Shown: positions 25,063 through 38,610 of the stretch, piece after piece | How the letters are laid out: the number at the start of each line of letters is the position of its first letter | Numbering within the stretch: position 1 is the stretch's first letter | Source: Octopus bimaculoides | Lineage: Eukaryota | Reading direction: 5' to 3' | Length of the DNA stretch: 64,000 bases | Assembly: GCF_001194135.2 (NCBI RefSeq) | Contig: NC_068991.1 | Coordinates: 1,591,821 to 1,655,820, forward strand | The notes under the pieces: generated by a model | What the model saw: the letters and a program-made list of their open reading frames with translations, nothing else | Told to the model about the DNA's origin: nothing | Databases searched by the model: none | Program-made: the position numbers and the translations under genes

Positions 25063-25708
25063 TTACATACACAGAGAGAGACATACAGGTATATAAAATG
25101 CCAAAGAGCATAAAATCATTATATATCAAAATTATCTCCCATCTACAGGTTGTATTATAATTTCATAATTATCAAATTGCAATTAAGACCAGCTCATTTG
25201 AAAAGGGGAGACCAAAGAATTCAAAAATTTCTCCATAGTTGATATGCCATTAGGGAAAACATTGCCAGCAGATAAGAGGACAGCTATGGATATGGGTTCT
25301 GGATCGATAGAGGCCCTTGGAAAGACAATTGTACAGCTTTATTTCCAGTAACCACAAAGCATAAAAAATGGGAACATATGTAGGGCCGAGTTAATTTGCA
25401 TAATTTAAAGAAAAGGAACGTAAAAGAAATAACAGTGAGCGAACCGTAGCAAGTATTTGAGCAACATAAATAAGTACCATCTTAGCTTACATCACAAATT
25501 CTTAATGAAAATTATTCGGGACACGGAATGTATAAGAACTGTTATAGATGAAGACAAGTGTGAATGATGATGCCATTAAGACTGTGGGACAACTAACGGC
25601 ATGTGTGTGTAGCAGTAGCATGGGCGTGTTCTTGTTTTCAATACCAACCAAGTGTAAGCAACATTGTTACATTAAATATTCTTTACACGAAAAATGATTC
25701 ATCAATAC

Positions 25709-25950
<242 letters not shown>

Positions 25951-27493
25951 GATGGCTTGATAAATATTTATGAGGTTGATGAAGATGAAAGGCGGACATG
26001 TGAATGACCGTCAAATGTGATGCCTCAAGTTTTCCCTATTTCACTGACAAGTACATTCCTCGCATGCGTTCTAACATACACAGAAATTGTGTATGAAGGT
26101 TTTAACCTCGTTATTTCATTCGTAAACCGTATAGATATATGCGCATGCGTGCTCATCTAGATTGTGTCAACCCACACACATCTGAAGATATGCTGTGTAA
26201 ACGTGTATGTATTTGATATGGTTAATTGTACTTTTATTATTTCACCGATCAGAAGAATTGAAGCTTGCTCATTTGCATATCTGTAGGTCGTTGTTGTCCA
26301 AACTAAGTAAGAACAGTTATGGGGACAGAATGATTTCGGGTAAACACAAGCATTATATGGAAACCACATGACTCCTGTACAACGATAAAGAAACATCACG
26401 ACTAGTTTGGTCTGTATTTAACAAATTATTACTTCTTTTTAGCAATGCTAACATATTAATATATCTGTGCGTATATATAATCAAAATAAGCAACAGGATA
26501 TGAAGAGGTGATGCAGTACGACCGTTTCAAGCGGCTCCATTTAATTGAATAATACAATCATTACATCGATTTAAATGCAGGACTATCATCAGCAGCATAA
26601 ATATAATTAAATATGTATTTTTTTTTATCATCAGTCGGACACATTTGTATAATTTTACTTAAATCCTTCAAAGCTAAAATAACAGCATGGACTGTCTGTC
26701 TTTTTATCCTATTAAGTATATAAGTAAAATTATACAAATGTGTGCGACTGATTAATTAAAAAAAATCTTTTTTTCAATTTATGCAGCTGAGGATAGGCCT
26801 GCATTTAAATTGATGTAATGATTGCATTGTTCAATNNNNNNNNNNNNNNNNNNNNNNNNNNNNNNNNNNNNNNNNNNNNNNNNNNNNNNNNNNNNNNNNN
26901 NNNNNNNNNNNNNNNNNNNNNNNNNNNNNNNNNNNNNNNNNNNNNNNNNNNNNNNNNNNNNNNNNNNNNNNNNNNNNNNNNNNNNNNNNNNNNNNNNNNN
27001 NNNNNNNNNNNNNNNNNNNNNNNNNNNNNNNNNNNNNNNNNNNNNNNNNNNNNNNNNNNNNNNNNNNNNNNNNNNNNNNNNNNNNNNNNNNNNNNNNNNN
27101 NNNNNNNNNNNNNNNNNNNNNNNNNNNNNNNNNNNNNNNNNNNNNNNNNNNNNNNNNNNNNNNNNNNNNNNNNNNNNNNNNNNNNNNNNNNNNNNNNNNN
27201 NNNNNNNNNNNNNNNNNNNNNNNNNNNNNNNNNNNNNNNNNNNNNNNNNNNNNNNNNNNNNNNNNNNNNNNNNNNNNNNNNNNNNNNNNNNNNNNNNNNN
27301 NNNNNNNNNNNNNNNNNNNNNNNNNNNNNNNNNNNNNNNNNNNNNNNNNCCCACCATTGTACTTCAATAACGACAACGCGCGACCACTACCATGATCAAA
27401 TGAGGAAAAGTGAATAAATCTGGAATATTACAAAACTAACTTCTCTTTTTATTTGCATGTATCAAATTATGTTTGTTTGTTACGTACGAACCC

Positions 27494-27547
<54 letters not shown>

Positions 27548-29544
27548 AAAAGGGAGAGAGTCAGAATTTTGGATCATTTATTTATTTATCAAATTCCTTT
27601 CTGTATTGTTAAGCTTTCTATCTCTTTCAGCATTATATATCATGTACAACGCTTCAGGCAAACTTTTACATTTTATCATACATACATGCATACGTACGTG
27701 CGTGTGGGGTGAGTGTACAGATGAACTAATAATGGAGAATACCATCTTTGAGGATTTCATCCGACAGGTCCAACGACAGTTTCTATACTGTAAACATTTT
27801 TAAATAACCTAAATGTACTGACGCAGCATTTTTATTATTTTTTTTTTTTTAAGTTTAAATGCTAAACTGGATTTTCTTAGCATAAAATATTTCTTCTTTG
27901 CGTACTTTTTGCCTGTGTCCATGCATTATAAACATTCTGTCAGTTCGCTTTGTATTCAAGCTGTTACGGACTAACTTGATAACATCGTGTTCGCTTAAAT
28001 TTCGGATATATAAGATTGATTTGTATTTTGTACCTTTTTCTATATCTAAAAAGCCTTACACAATAGAAACAGCCATTGGTCCTGCATGATGTAATCCTCG
28101 AATGAAGCTAACATATTCTCCGTTTTAGCATATCATCGTCCAATCCATATAACTGCGATTTATCGGCGTTGTTGTCACCGCAGACATTCGGCAATGTGGT
28201 ACGAGTATCAGGTATTTTAGCTTCTTGCTTTGCTTCAAGAATCCCTGTTCAGATTCCGCTGAAGTCATTTTTCATTTCATTCTTTCTGCTTTGATAAATA
28301 AAGCATTATTACTGCGGCTTGGCTTTTTTTGCTTCGTTTTTTTCCTTTACAATCTTTCAAAAATTGCCATAGAAGTACAAGATGGTGAATTGTAAACAAA
28401 ACATTTGAAGAGAAAACAACCAGATGCCAGTTCCTGACCTGGAGGTTCATTTCTCATTAAATGTTGCGCTAATACTTTTTTTCCGTATATAAAAATAGAA
28501 GTATTGTGTTCATTGAATTCTATCTGGGAACAAACTCGGTTTTATCGAAATTCCGATTTCCAATTATTTTAGTGAAAACTCGTATTTATCTTTTAATGAT
28601 AAATTGATCTTCTATAACTCCTAAGAAGATATTCCTATCACCTTTGTAAGTTTTATTTAAAAGGGTTTTCAGTTCAGTTCGTAGAAATTGATTTTCTGGC
28701 CCTTGAGGTGGTGATGTCATCAATAGATTAAACATGAAGGGAATCTTCGCAACAATACTAAGTCTCAGAGACAACAGTAACCTTTATTTTTCGTGCCATT
28801 AATAGAGCCCAGTACGACCTGCCAGATATAGCAGCCAAGTCTCTTTTAAAATCACACTATTTCTATTAAGAAAGTAAGAAGGCATTGGTATTCCACATCA
28901 AATTTACGCTTTTTATGCGGCTGTGGTAGGGGTTGTTATATGGTTATTCGACCTGCTATACAGGGCAGCCAATTCACCAGCAAATAATACTGTAGTAGCT
29001 TATTAAAGAAGGGACCTTATTGGTTATCAGGTACGCCAGCATGACGTATGTGAGCTATCGTTGCATCTCCATATGGTTGTGAAACCTGTGAATGGTGGCA
29101 ATGACATTCTTATAAAATTACAACCGACTTTCTTAACGCATGCGAGTGACCTGCGAGTTCAGGTAAAATTGAATAAATAATGGCATTAAAGAGGGTCTTG
29201 CGGCAACTTTGATTTGTTTAATGAGCTGAGACTAAACACATGAAATTACATTAAAGAAACCTCTACCTGGATACACAACCTGCTAGATATAGTTGCCGGG
29301 TCTACATTAAACTACATCTTACGACCTTAAAGAAGGTCACGAAAATGTGCCAGGATACTCAGTTTCCAAAAGATGGTCATAACGAGAACGCCTACTTACA
29401 TTCATTTAAAATCCATTTTTATTTCATGCTTTCAGATTTCACTCACCCTCTCTCTCTCTCTCTCTCTCTTCTGACTCTCCTTTCTCTCTCTCGCTCTCTT
29501 TATCTCCCTCTCTCTCCAAACATATACATGCTTCTTTTTTATCT

Positions 29545-29895
29545 TTTACTTATTTCATTGATTGGATTGCGCCCATGTTGGGGCACCACTTTTGAGAGTT
29601 TTAGTCGAATAAATTGACCTCAGTATTTCTGCATTTAATGACTGATACTTATTCTATCAGTTCCTTTTGCCGAAGCGCTAGAATACGAGGACGCAAACAA
29701 AGTAATACCACTTGCCAAAAAATTTTTTTTTAAATGGGGGGGGACTACATAGTTTCCAGTCACCAAATTCATTCAGAAATCATTGGTCGGTTAGAGATTT
29801 CAGTAGGAGACATTTGCCCAAACTGAGGAGCTGTGGGACTGAACCCAAAAGCACAAGGTTGCAAAGGGGAGCTTCTTAGCGACACAGTCATGTTT
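29545..29895 (-). mobile_element. SINE family B, diverged copy
   Basis: gcccatgttggggcacc...ttagtcgaataaattgacctcag...ttttgccgaagcgctag...caccaaattcattcagaaatcattggtcgg...gggactgaaccc. Confidence 0.75.
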
Positions 29896-29940
29896 ACACA
29901 TACACACACAGACACGCACTCACACATACATCTACACACA

Positions 29941-29999
<59 letters not shown>

Positions 30000-30856
30000 G
30001 CACAAATACATATATATAGGTATTGATATATACATACATCTTTATATGTGTATACGTATAAAGTCATGCTCGCACACACAGACGAGTTGTTTCCTCTTAA
30101 TCAACTGCTATCAATTTTTACTCACACGATATCGATCAACCCGACGCAATGATAGAAAACTCTTCCCGAATCCTGAACCATGATGTTGCGAAACGATCCT
30201 TTTCAACCATACAGTCATGGTTACAGTCATCAACAATCATGACTGCCATAATATTATTGATGATCAATATCAAGGAAATAACGCTCATAATGGGATTAAC
30301 TTCTCCAAAGAACGCCACTATTTTTGTCTTCTTTTCGCCTTTGTCTTCCTCAATCATTTATCGGTTCTTTTGCTTCTTGTTTAATCGAACTAATCTTATT
30401 TATGGAGATTTACTTTGAAGAATCACCATTATTGAGATCAGAGGCCAAATACTGTGACGGTGAAAAACGCCTTCAAGTTTGGGGGAAGATGAGAGGGAGG
30501 GATCCCATTTCATCATTTTATATTTAGGTGCCTTATAAAAGGTTAACTGAAGTCCCAACCCTATTGGAATCCATCGCTAAATAATCGCGAATCTCAAGAT
30601 CTGAGTTTTTTTCAGACACCTTTCCATTTCTCAGCGTAATATATACATACATACATACATACGTGCGTGTGTAAATCTACCTGTTTAATGCTGTCAGTCG
30701 AAAAACCATACCTGGTACCATGGTAGAGATCGATAATAATATACGTTGGACGATCAGTCCCTTGCTAGTATGGATTTCGCCTGTGGGTGCGAGTACTTCG
30801 CTAAAGCCCTGTGCACCAATAGGGCGAAACTCAACAGGAGACTGCGTCGACCAAAG

Positions 30857-30900
<44 letters not shown>

Positions 30901-32990
30901 TATTATATATATATACATATTTATAAGCGTCCTGCGATATCGCTGCGGTGGTTGTTGTGTTGAACATCCCTAGCCGTGGCGTTGGCGCTACTGTCGCCGA
31001 TGGTGATGTGGGTGTACTGTCGTTGTTAATATTGGTTGTGGGGCCGCTAGCCTCGCTGGTGGTGCTATTGGCATCGGCGTACTCATCCTCTCTGGCCGTA
31101 GTGCTGGTGCTGGAGTCGTCGTTTTTTTTTTGCTGCTGCCGGTACCGTCGATGTTGTTGGATAATCCGTTGTTGCTATTATTATGGTTTGTAATATAGTG
31201 GATTGTACCAGAGACGACCAATGACTAGCTGGTGGTGTTAAACCAGTCAAATAGGCAGCGATATGTTCGGGCCATCTGATGGGCTTCTCCACAATTTTAA
31301 TCTACGCAGATTCCCCTTCAAGATATGAGTAAACTCGTAACTAAAGTAGGAGACAGTCGCCTATGATACGTAACTATAATACCAAGCATCGCTATAGAAT
31401 CCTTAATCACGTGAGTGCAAAACAAATTTTTTAACTTCACAAAATCCCCTGTGACCTCCCAGTAAAATTTGGATGTGTTTCACCATTTGTTCTGCCAATT
31501 TCATTTTTATTCTCCCTTCGTTGTTGACTGACTTCCCAATTTTTTTTTCACTTTTCTTTTTTTTTTTTCTTCCTTCTATATATTTATATTTCATTGTTGC
31601 ATTGTAGTTCTGTGTGTGACTCTTTCAAGTAATTCCTGTCTGTCTGTGCGTCGATATTTTCAGAAAAGGTCTTCCTTTATTTTTCTGTTTCGTCTTTGCT
31701 AATTAATCCCCAAACAAAACAACGACGACTAGGAAGCTGATGCTGATAATGCAGATGATGATGATGAGAGGGTAGTAGTAGTAGTGGCGATATTATATGC
31801 CGCGAGCGTGAGAGAAAGGTCATTACAAGACGGATTTACAAATTCATAGATGTTTACTCTAAATCGATGATGAAAATATAAGTGATAAAAATAGCAGAAT
31901 GTGGAAGAGGAGCAATACTTGGTGCTAGTCTCCCATATGTTGCTACCGGTTTGCTGTTGTATGACTGCAATACACTCACTCACCTGGGTCATAAAATCAT
32001 TTATCTCATCCAGATTTCAATCACCACCCGACATTAAAACACAGGGTACACAAAAATCTGTCCCCTTGCCCACGTGAACTATGAAAATAAATTTAGCGCA
32101 CATTTTATATAAGAAACAGAATAAACTAAGATTTAGGAGGCAATAGATATGCAGAATAGAAACTCGTTCTTTCTATAGAACCATGGAAAGGAGTGGGGAG
32201 AAGGAAACGGAAAGGAGGAGGAACATTGTTAGAAGAGGGGAGGAGAAGGACAAGAAGAAAACCGAAGAGGGGGGGGGGAGAAAATGAAAAGAAGAAAAGG
32301 AAAAAATGAAGCGAAGGAGGAGGAGGAGAAAAATAAAGTCATTAAAAATATCGATAACGGCAGATCAAAAACAGAATATGTACTATTAAAGTAGCGCATA
32401 AAAAATAATTCATGCCGTTAAAAAAATGTGTCACTAATATGGTAAACCATATTTTAGGACCAGGAATAGAACCATCAGTAGAGAAAATAAAAAAAAAGAG
32501 ATCAAATTATAATCCGCTTATTTATCCAGCGCTGATGTTTCATATTGTAAAACAACGATAATCTTTTGAATAGATTAAGACGATTCTTGTTAGGAAATGT
32601 TGATGCAAATTATATCGCAGAAGATTTAGCTCTCAACCGGATAGCTATCTTACGCCCCATAAACTTGACATAATTTTCTTGGACAACATTGACAATGGTG
32701 GGTTTTATTAAATTAAATAGTTATGGAAAGAGAACGCAATATTAGGTAAGAAAGGAAGGTGAGAAGTTAAAGAATTATTGCAGAATCATTGTTATTGATT
32801 TCTAACGGATTAAGTTCCGACATCCATGAAGCTATTAAGATTAGTTCCGTATGTAGGAATGTGTCCAGAATAATTCTACGAGGAATTGTTCAAACTACAT
32901 TTGATATACACTTGCTTCAGTAGAGACATTAACAGCTCATCAATAAATAAACTCTATCGCTGAAACATCTTGCAGTAAACAGAAAGAATA

Positions 32991-33120
<130 letters not shown>

Positions 33121-33489
33121 CTCCGTGTGTCTTTAAATATTGACAGAGGATTTACCGAACGTTTAAGTAATATATCATTTACAACCATGTTATGCCAAGT
33201 AAAGGCGCTTGCTTGGTATTTAGGGTGATTTTACGATGACGGTTTCAATTCCCTGACCGGGTAGAATGTTGTATTCTTTGCAAATCGCCCGTTTCTCCAT
33301 TTGAGTCATTTATGCACCGTGGAAACTCGCTACTCTGTCCAATGAATCACAGAGCTCAAAACAGAACAATCGAGTATGGTATGCCATGTGGGATTCTCAC
33401 AGAGGATTATATTCAGTCACAGTGTGCTGGTGAGTCTCTATGGTTATATGATTGTGTGTACCATACAAATCTTTCTAGTTTCTTTTAGC

Positions 33490-33680
33490 TAAAGATCAGC
33501 AATTTCGAGCGATTACATTGCCCCCCCCCCAGTCCTCAATTACTACATGTTTTATTGACCTTTATATGATGAAGGGCGAAATCACCTCCGGCGGAATTTG
33601 AACTGAAAATGTAATGAGTCGGAAGAAATATTGCAAAGCATTTTTATTGTCGCTCATACAGTTGTGCCTAATCGCTGCCT
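33490..33680 (-). mobile_element. SINE family A, diverged copy
   Basis: gatgaagggcgaaatcacctccggcggaatttgaactg...gcaaagcattt. Confidence 0.7.
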
Positions 33681-33959
33681 TAGATTTACACTGAATACAA
33701 TGATTAGGTAGGTTTGTTTACTTCATAATCATGATGAAGTGAGTTCGAATCCACCGTGAGAGAACTTCATGAAGTAATTTCATATAATAAACAGGTGCCA
33801 CTTCCCAAAACTTTGTGAGTATGTATTTAAAAATCAATGTAAATACAATGCGCTGTATTTAAAAATCAATGTACACACACACATATATATATATATAAAG
33901 TTCAAAAAAGAAAAACGACATGAAAACAACAACAGAAAACAACAACGCGAGGACGTGAT

Positions 33960-34110
33960 ACAGATTGTGTTACTGGACGTTCGGGAAAGGAAAGAAAGAT
34001 AATTTGACGTTTCGAGCGGAGCTCTTCGTCGGAAACATAGGAAAGTCCAAAGAAGGGAAGACGGAGGAAGAAAAAATCGCCAACGATATCCACGAGGTTA
34101 CATTGTGGAA
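33960..34110 (-). mobile_element. Penelope-like pLTR remnant carrying a hammerhead-like motif
   Basis: Minus strand tatgtttCCGACGAagagctccgctcGAAACGTCaaat has the architecture of the minimal type I hammerheads found in Penelope-like element pLTRs. It abuts a (TA)n tract and an N-gap. Confidence 0.5.
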
Positions 34111-34111
34111 A

Positions 34112-34146
<35 letters not shown>

Positions 34147-34489
34147 NNNNNNNNNNNNNNNNNNNNNNNNNNNNNNNNNNNNNNNNNNNNNNNNNNNNNN
34201 NNNNNNNNNNNNNNNNNNNNNNNNNNNNNNNNNNNNNNNNNNNNNNNNNNNNNNNNNNNNNNNNNNNNNNNNNNNNNNNNNNNNNNNNNNNNNNNNNNNN
34301 NNNNNNNNNNNNNNNNNNNNNNNNNNNNNNNNNNNNNNNNNNNNNNNNNNNNNNNNNNNNNNNNNNNNNNNNNNNNNNNNNNNNNNNNNNNNNNNNNNNN
34401 NNNNNNNNNNNNNNNNNNNNNNNNNNNNNNNNNNNNNNNNNNNNNNNNNNNNNNNNNNNNNNNNNNNNNNNNNNNNNNNNNNNNNNNNN

Positions 34490-34528
<39 letters not shown>

Positions 34529-35351
34529 TATTGGTGGGAGACAGAACTCGTCTTATCAGCGGAATGAGAGGACGTTAGATATCCACCATCAGTGAAAAGA
34601 CAAATAATTGATCGACTTTTGTAAATATTGTGTCTGTTACTGCAATGTGAGTTCCTTAACCAACGAAATGAGGATGGATTGTTAATCCTATTAAACATCG
34701 TTTCATCCCCACCCACTTCATTTCTAATTATCCCCGCTTCCAGTTAGATAACTCATCAAGCTGTCACGTGTGTAATAGTTGAAATCTTCTTCCGCTATTG
34801 TCGATCAATTGACAAGAGGAGGCGGATGGCGTGGGTCACAATGGCGGTCCGGATACAAGTACCTCAATGGCTAATAATGATGAACGACTTAGTTTCGTTC
34901 GTAATCATTGGCAATTAACACAAAATGAATACAATTTCTTAAAGGTTTGCAATTAGTTTCTGTAAATAAATTAGCAAATGAATATGTGTGATTGTTTCAT
35001 TTTCAAAACTTAAATAATTATTAAATATCTTGTTTACTTTAATTAAGTTTTTAATTCGTTTATTGATTAAACTTAAACTCAGCCACAAGACAAGATCTGC
35101 TGTTTATATAACAATTAATAAATTGCTTTTAAATAGCTTATAATTCAAGATTGGTAAATATTGTTTGGAAATTAATCAGTTTTAAGTTTGTCACTAAGCC
35201 ACAAATTGGTGATGGCGAGAATCTGTCGACCCTGGATGCAGTTGCAACGGAGGCGACGAGGTTGAATAGCTGAGCAATGTCCCATTCCCTGATACTTTTT
35301 TTCTCTTAATTTTTCCGGTAAAGGTTTTCAAACAATAATTTTTTCAATAAT

Positions 35352-35551
35352 TGGGACAAGGCTAGCAGTTTTTAGAGAGGAATTAAGTCAATCACATCGA
35401 TCCCAATATATGCAAGTCGTTCTTTTTATGGAATCCTAAATGATGAAAAGCAAATGCAGTCTCGATGGTATTACACCTCGAAATGTAAATTATCGGAAGA
35501 AATATTGTCAGACATTTTGTTCGATGTGCGAACGATTCTGCCAGCTCACCG
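35352..35551 (-). mobile_element. SINE family A, diverged copy
   Basis: gacaaggctagcag...aatcacatcgatccc...gatgaaaagcaaatgcagtctcg...aacgattctgccagctcacc. Confidence 0.78.
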
Positions 35552-36741
35552 AATACGAGGAACCTGGGGGAAATAAATCGAAAGCAGGACAGAGGAGTTA
35601 AAAAAGAAAGAAAAGAATATATGTCGGGGGAAAAAGAAAAAAAATTTAAATTTAAATAAATAATTTCTTGTTAGTTATAGGAGATGTTATTTTTTCTTCC
35701 TCTGACGTCGGTGCAGCACAAAAATGAGACAGAAAAAAAATTGTGCTGAGGACCAAGGAAGTAGAATTAAAATGCGAAAGTAAATAATTGGAAAGTGCAA
35801 AAATACAAAAAGGAAATATTTCAGAGAAATTCTCTCTCTCTCTTTTTCCCTCTCTTCATTACTATTTGTGAATGTGTTGATTCTTTTGATAAGCATATTG
35901 AGACAATCGTAACCCGTCTCTGAAGAACATATTGCTGGAATGTGTGAACGATGAGTACAGTGAGGAGCGGAGGGAGTGAAGAGCAATTCCTAGGACTGTC
36001 AGAGAAAAGATTAAATTACCAGAATGAGAGGAGGAAATGCACTAAATGTTTGAAAGAAGGAATAGATGACGCTGCCCAGATTTGTTCTCAGAGCGTGAAG
36101 ACTCGGAACAAATACTCCATATTGTATAACTTAAAATTAGAAATAGAACTCTGCGTAAAACTTGGCATAAATCCAATATCCATAACTAAATCCAAGGAAT
36201 GAATTACGAAAGGAATAAAAATAGAAAAACTATGAGTTGGAATGGCAGTGTTTAATGCGTTGTATGTGATTATTGCATAGCATATAACGCGTGTGATTAT
36301 ATTGAGCAAGTAAACAATGAATGAGATAGAAATCAAACAAAAAGCGGTCAACTTACAATAACCTAACGTTATTTAAAACCAAACCAATCATTTCCACTTA
36401 TAAATCAAACAACATCAGGAACGTTATCCATATGATGGGTTTTGTAACGGGAATTTAATGTTAGCTCAAAACAAAGGCAATGCCTTTCATACTTGTCGCG
36501 TGCGTTAGAAATTGAAAACAAGATTTTCAGAGCATGATTGGCTAATGAACAAAACACAGAAGAACATCAGTCTTATGTCTCATAATATAATAAAGATAAA
36601 TGATTTGAGGAATCAAATCCGAAGCTGAGAAAATATTTCAGTCAAACACGAATGCTAATTTTCAGAGATTCATAAAGACTATAAAACATTAAAAGAGATG
36701 TAGAAAAATTCATAGAAAAATAGACATTGAATAAAATCTAA

Positions 36742-37104
36742 AACAAGAGCACTCAGAGAGCGAAAACCTCCACCAGGGTAACACCAACGTCCCCTCAACG
36801 ATTAGCCAGAGATGATTTTTAAAATGAGAATATCTGAAATAAACTCGACTGTTCTCACAAACGAGATTACTAAAAGTGACACATACCGCTCTCAAAAATT
36901 AAGTAAAGAAAGAGGGAAAATAACCCAGAATCCTTATCCGGTACCAGATCGTTCACAAAATCTAATTAGTTTGTGCCAGTCCCAAGGCCGAACATCCCTG
37001 AAAATTTCATCGGAATCTATTCAGCGGTTCTTGAGATATTTTGTCCACGGACAAACAAATAAACAAACAAACAATACCTCCGCCTTCCCTAAGGTGGATA
37101 TAAC
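36742..37104 (+). mobile_element. Non-autonomous Helentron-type (HINE/DINE-1-like) element
   Basis: Starts aacaagagcactcagagagcgaaaacctccacc; contains aaatttcatcggaatctattcagcggttcttgagatat and a (caaa)n tract; ends in a 3' hairpin acctccgcctt-ccct-aaggtggatat whose stem echoes the 5' cctccacc. These are the subterminal IR, microsatellite and hairpin features of HINEs. Confidence 0.62.
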
Positions 37105-37129
37105 AAGCGGTTATATGTACTGAAGGTAA

Positions 37130-37415
37130 GCTACTGGATTGAAGGCGGGTGGTTAAGGGTGTAGGGCAGTCAACTCACGATCCCTTCAGCATGACACCGT
37201 GCTCCAGTTCACTCAGCTGGCGAATACGAGTTGTACCTGTAATTTCAAAGGGGCCACCCATGTCATATTCTGCGTCACGTTGAATCTGTCTGTGAAATAC
37301 ATTAAGGGTATGAGTGTCTGTGGAAGGTTCGGCCACTTGCACGTTAATTTTACGTGCAGACTTTTCCGTTGATCGGATACAATGGGACGCTCGTCGTCGT
37401 AAGCGACGGAGTACC
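37130..37415 (+). mobile_element. SINE with family-C-like core and a different tail
   Basis: ggtggttaagggtgtagggc head; core gtgctccagttcactcagctggcgaatacgagt shared with the reverse complement of 14960-15010; ends gctcgtcgtcgtaagcgacggagtacc. Confidence 0.7.
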
Positions 37416-37550
37416 AGTTAATCTACTACAGACCAATGAAAGCACTTAAACAGCAGACACTACACAAAGACTATAAGCTACATAAAACGAATTAAAAAAT
37501 AAAACTTACAATGTCTGACCAAAACGGGAAATGTACTACGAAACCTTCAG

Positions 37551-37720
37551 ATAATTAGAAAGTATAAGAATATTTAGAAAAATATAAGAATATTTAGAAA
37601 ATATAAGAATAATTAGAAAAATACAAGAATAATTAGAAAAATACAAGAATAATTAGAAAAATACAAGAATAATTAGAAAAATACAAGAATAATTAGAAAA
37701 ATACAAGAATATTTAAAAAA
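37551..37720. repeat. 20-bp minisatellite (aattagaaaaatacaagaat)n, ~8 copies
   Basis: Directly visible tandem array with drifting first and last units. Confidence 0.92.
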
Positions 37721-38264
37721 TTTAACAATACTGTCGATTCATTGACGTTAGGAGACGTTGAGAGTCCGAGGTTTCCACCTGGCTGTGACATTCAGTCGAA
37801 GCTATTCTAAATCAATGAATGAAAACCAGAAATACGGTTCTTGTTTATTCAATTTTAGTAAACACACTTTTTGCTGCTAGTCAAAGCAATAATATATACA
37901 TTCATACTTAATACGATTCGCTAACTTTGAATGGAATGTACAGTGTTCCGGCTAAATTTGACAGTGTGCATAAAAGAGAAGAAAAGAACAACATCTTAAC
38001 CAAAAATGAAAGCAGCTTAAAAACAACAAATGTATAGTTATAATAATAATACGTAAATTCCTGTCTATGTAATCTCAAATTTTTAAAACAAACTTATAAC
38101 TTTTCTTAAACATTCTCTAGAACAATACTATGTGCAAAACCAAATATATGACACCCCAGGCATAACACCAACAGGAACTTGTAGCTTGTCTCTTGAAGTC
38201 TCTGGGTGAGACATGGAGTCAACTTATGCAAAGCAAAAGTCAAATATATATTGATAATAATAAT

Positions 38265-38400
38265 AATAGGCACCGTGAACATCCTTCGTAAAGCACGTCC
38301 AATACAGTGACCATAAGAGTAACGCAACAAAACACAGCACACACCCAAGGCACACAGAGCTGCACTTGGTAGTGCAGTGAAAGGACGTGAAATAAAATAA
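38265..38400 (+). mobile_element. R4/Dong-like LINE 3' end (short 5'-truncated copy)
   Basis: ggcaccgtgaacatccttcgtaaagcac encodes a GTxxILRK-like terminus; the 3' UTR aagagtaacgcaacaaaacacagcac...gagctgcacttggtagtgcagtgaaag is shared with 40148-40300 and 60270-60400. Confidence 0.72.
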
Positions 38401-38404
38401 GACG

Positions 38405-38541
38405 CATTTACTTGTTTCAGTCATTTTGACTGCGGCCATGCTGGAGCACTGCCTTTAGTCGAGCGCAAATCGACCCCAGGACTTATTCTTTGTAAACACA
38501 CCAGCATCGGTTGTCAAGCGATGTTGGGGGGACAAACACAG

Positions 38542-38596
<55 letters not shown>

Positions 38597-38610
38597 ACGG
38601 CCTGAATATT
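38405..38610 (-). mobile_element. SINE family B, 3' half
   Basis: tttacttgtttcagtcattttgactgcggccatgctggagcactgcctttagtcgagcgcaaatcgaccccaggacttattctttgtaa...ggttgtcaagcgatgttggggggacaaacacagacac. Confidence 0.88.

Noticed and set aside
30600-31300. GC-richer stretch with several 60-96 aa ORFs
   Set aside because: The ORFs include (TA)n and degenerate trinucleotide tracts; no recognisable domain or splice structure.
33826-33877. 20-bp direct duplication tgtatttaaaaatcaatgta with a 12-bp spacer
   Set aside because: Two units only; a local template-switch or slippage event, not a CRISPR-like array.
35900-36060. LKNILLECVNDEYSEERRE, like a LINE C-terminal zinc-knuckle remnant
   Set aside because: Too short and diverged to classify.
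37551-37720. 20-bp tandem array considered as a CRISPR-like or iteron array
   Set aside because: Head-to-tail repeats with no spacers in a eukaryotic context; an ordinary minisatellite.
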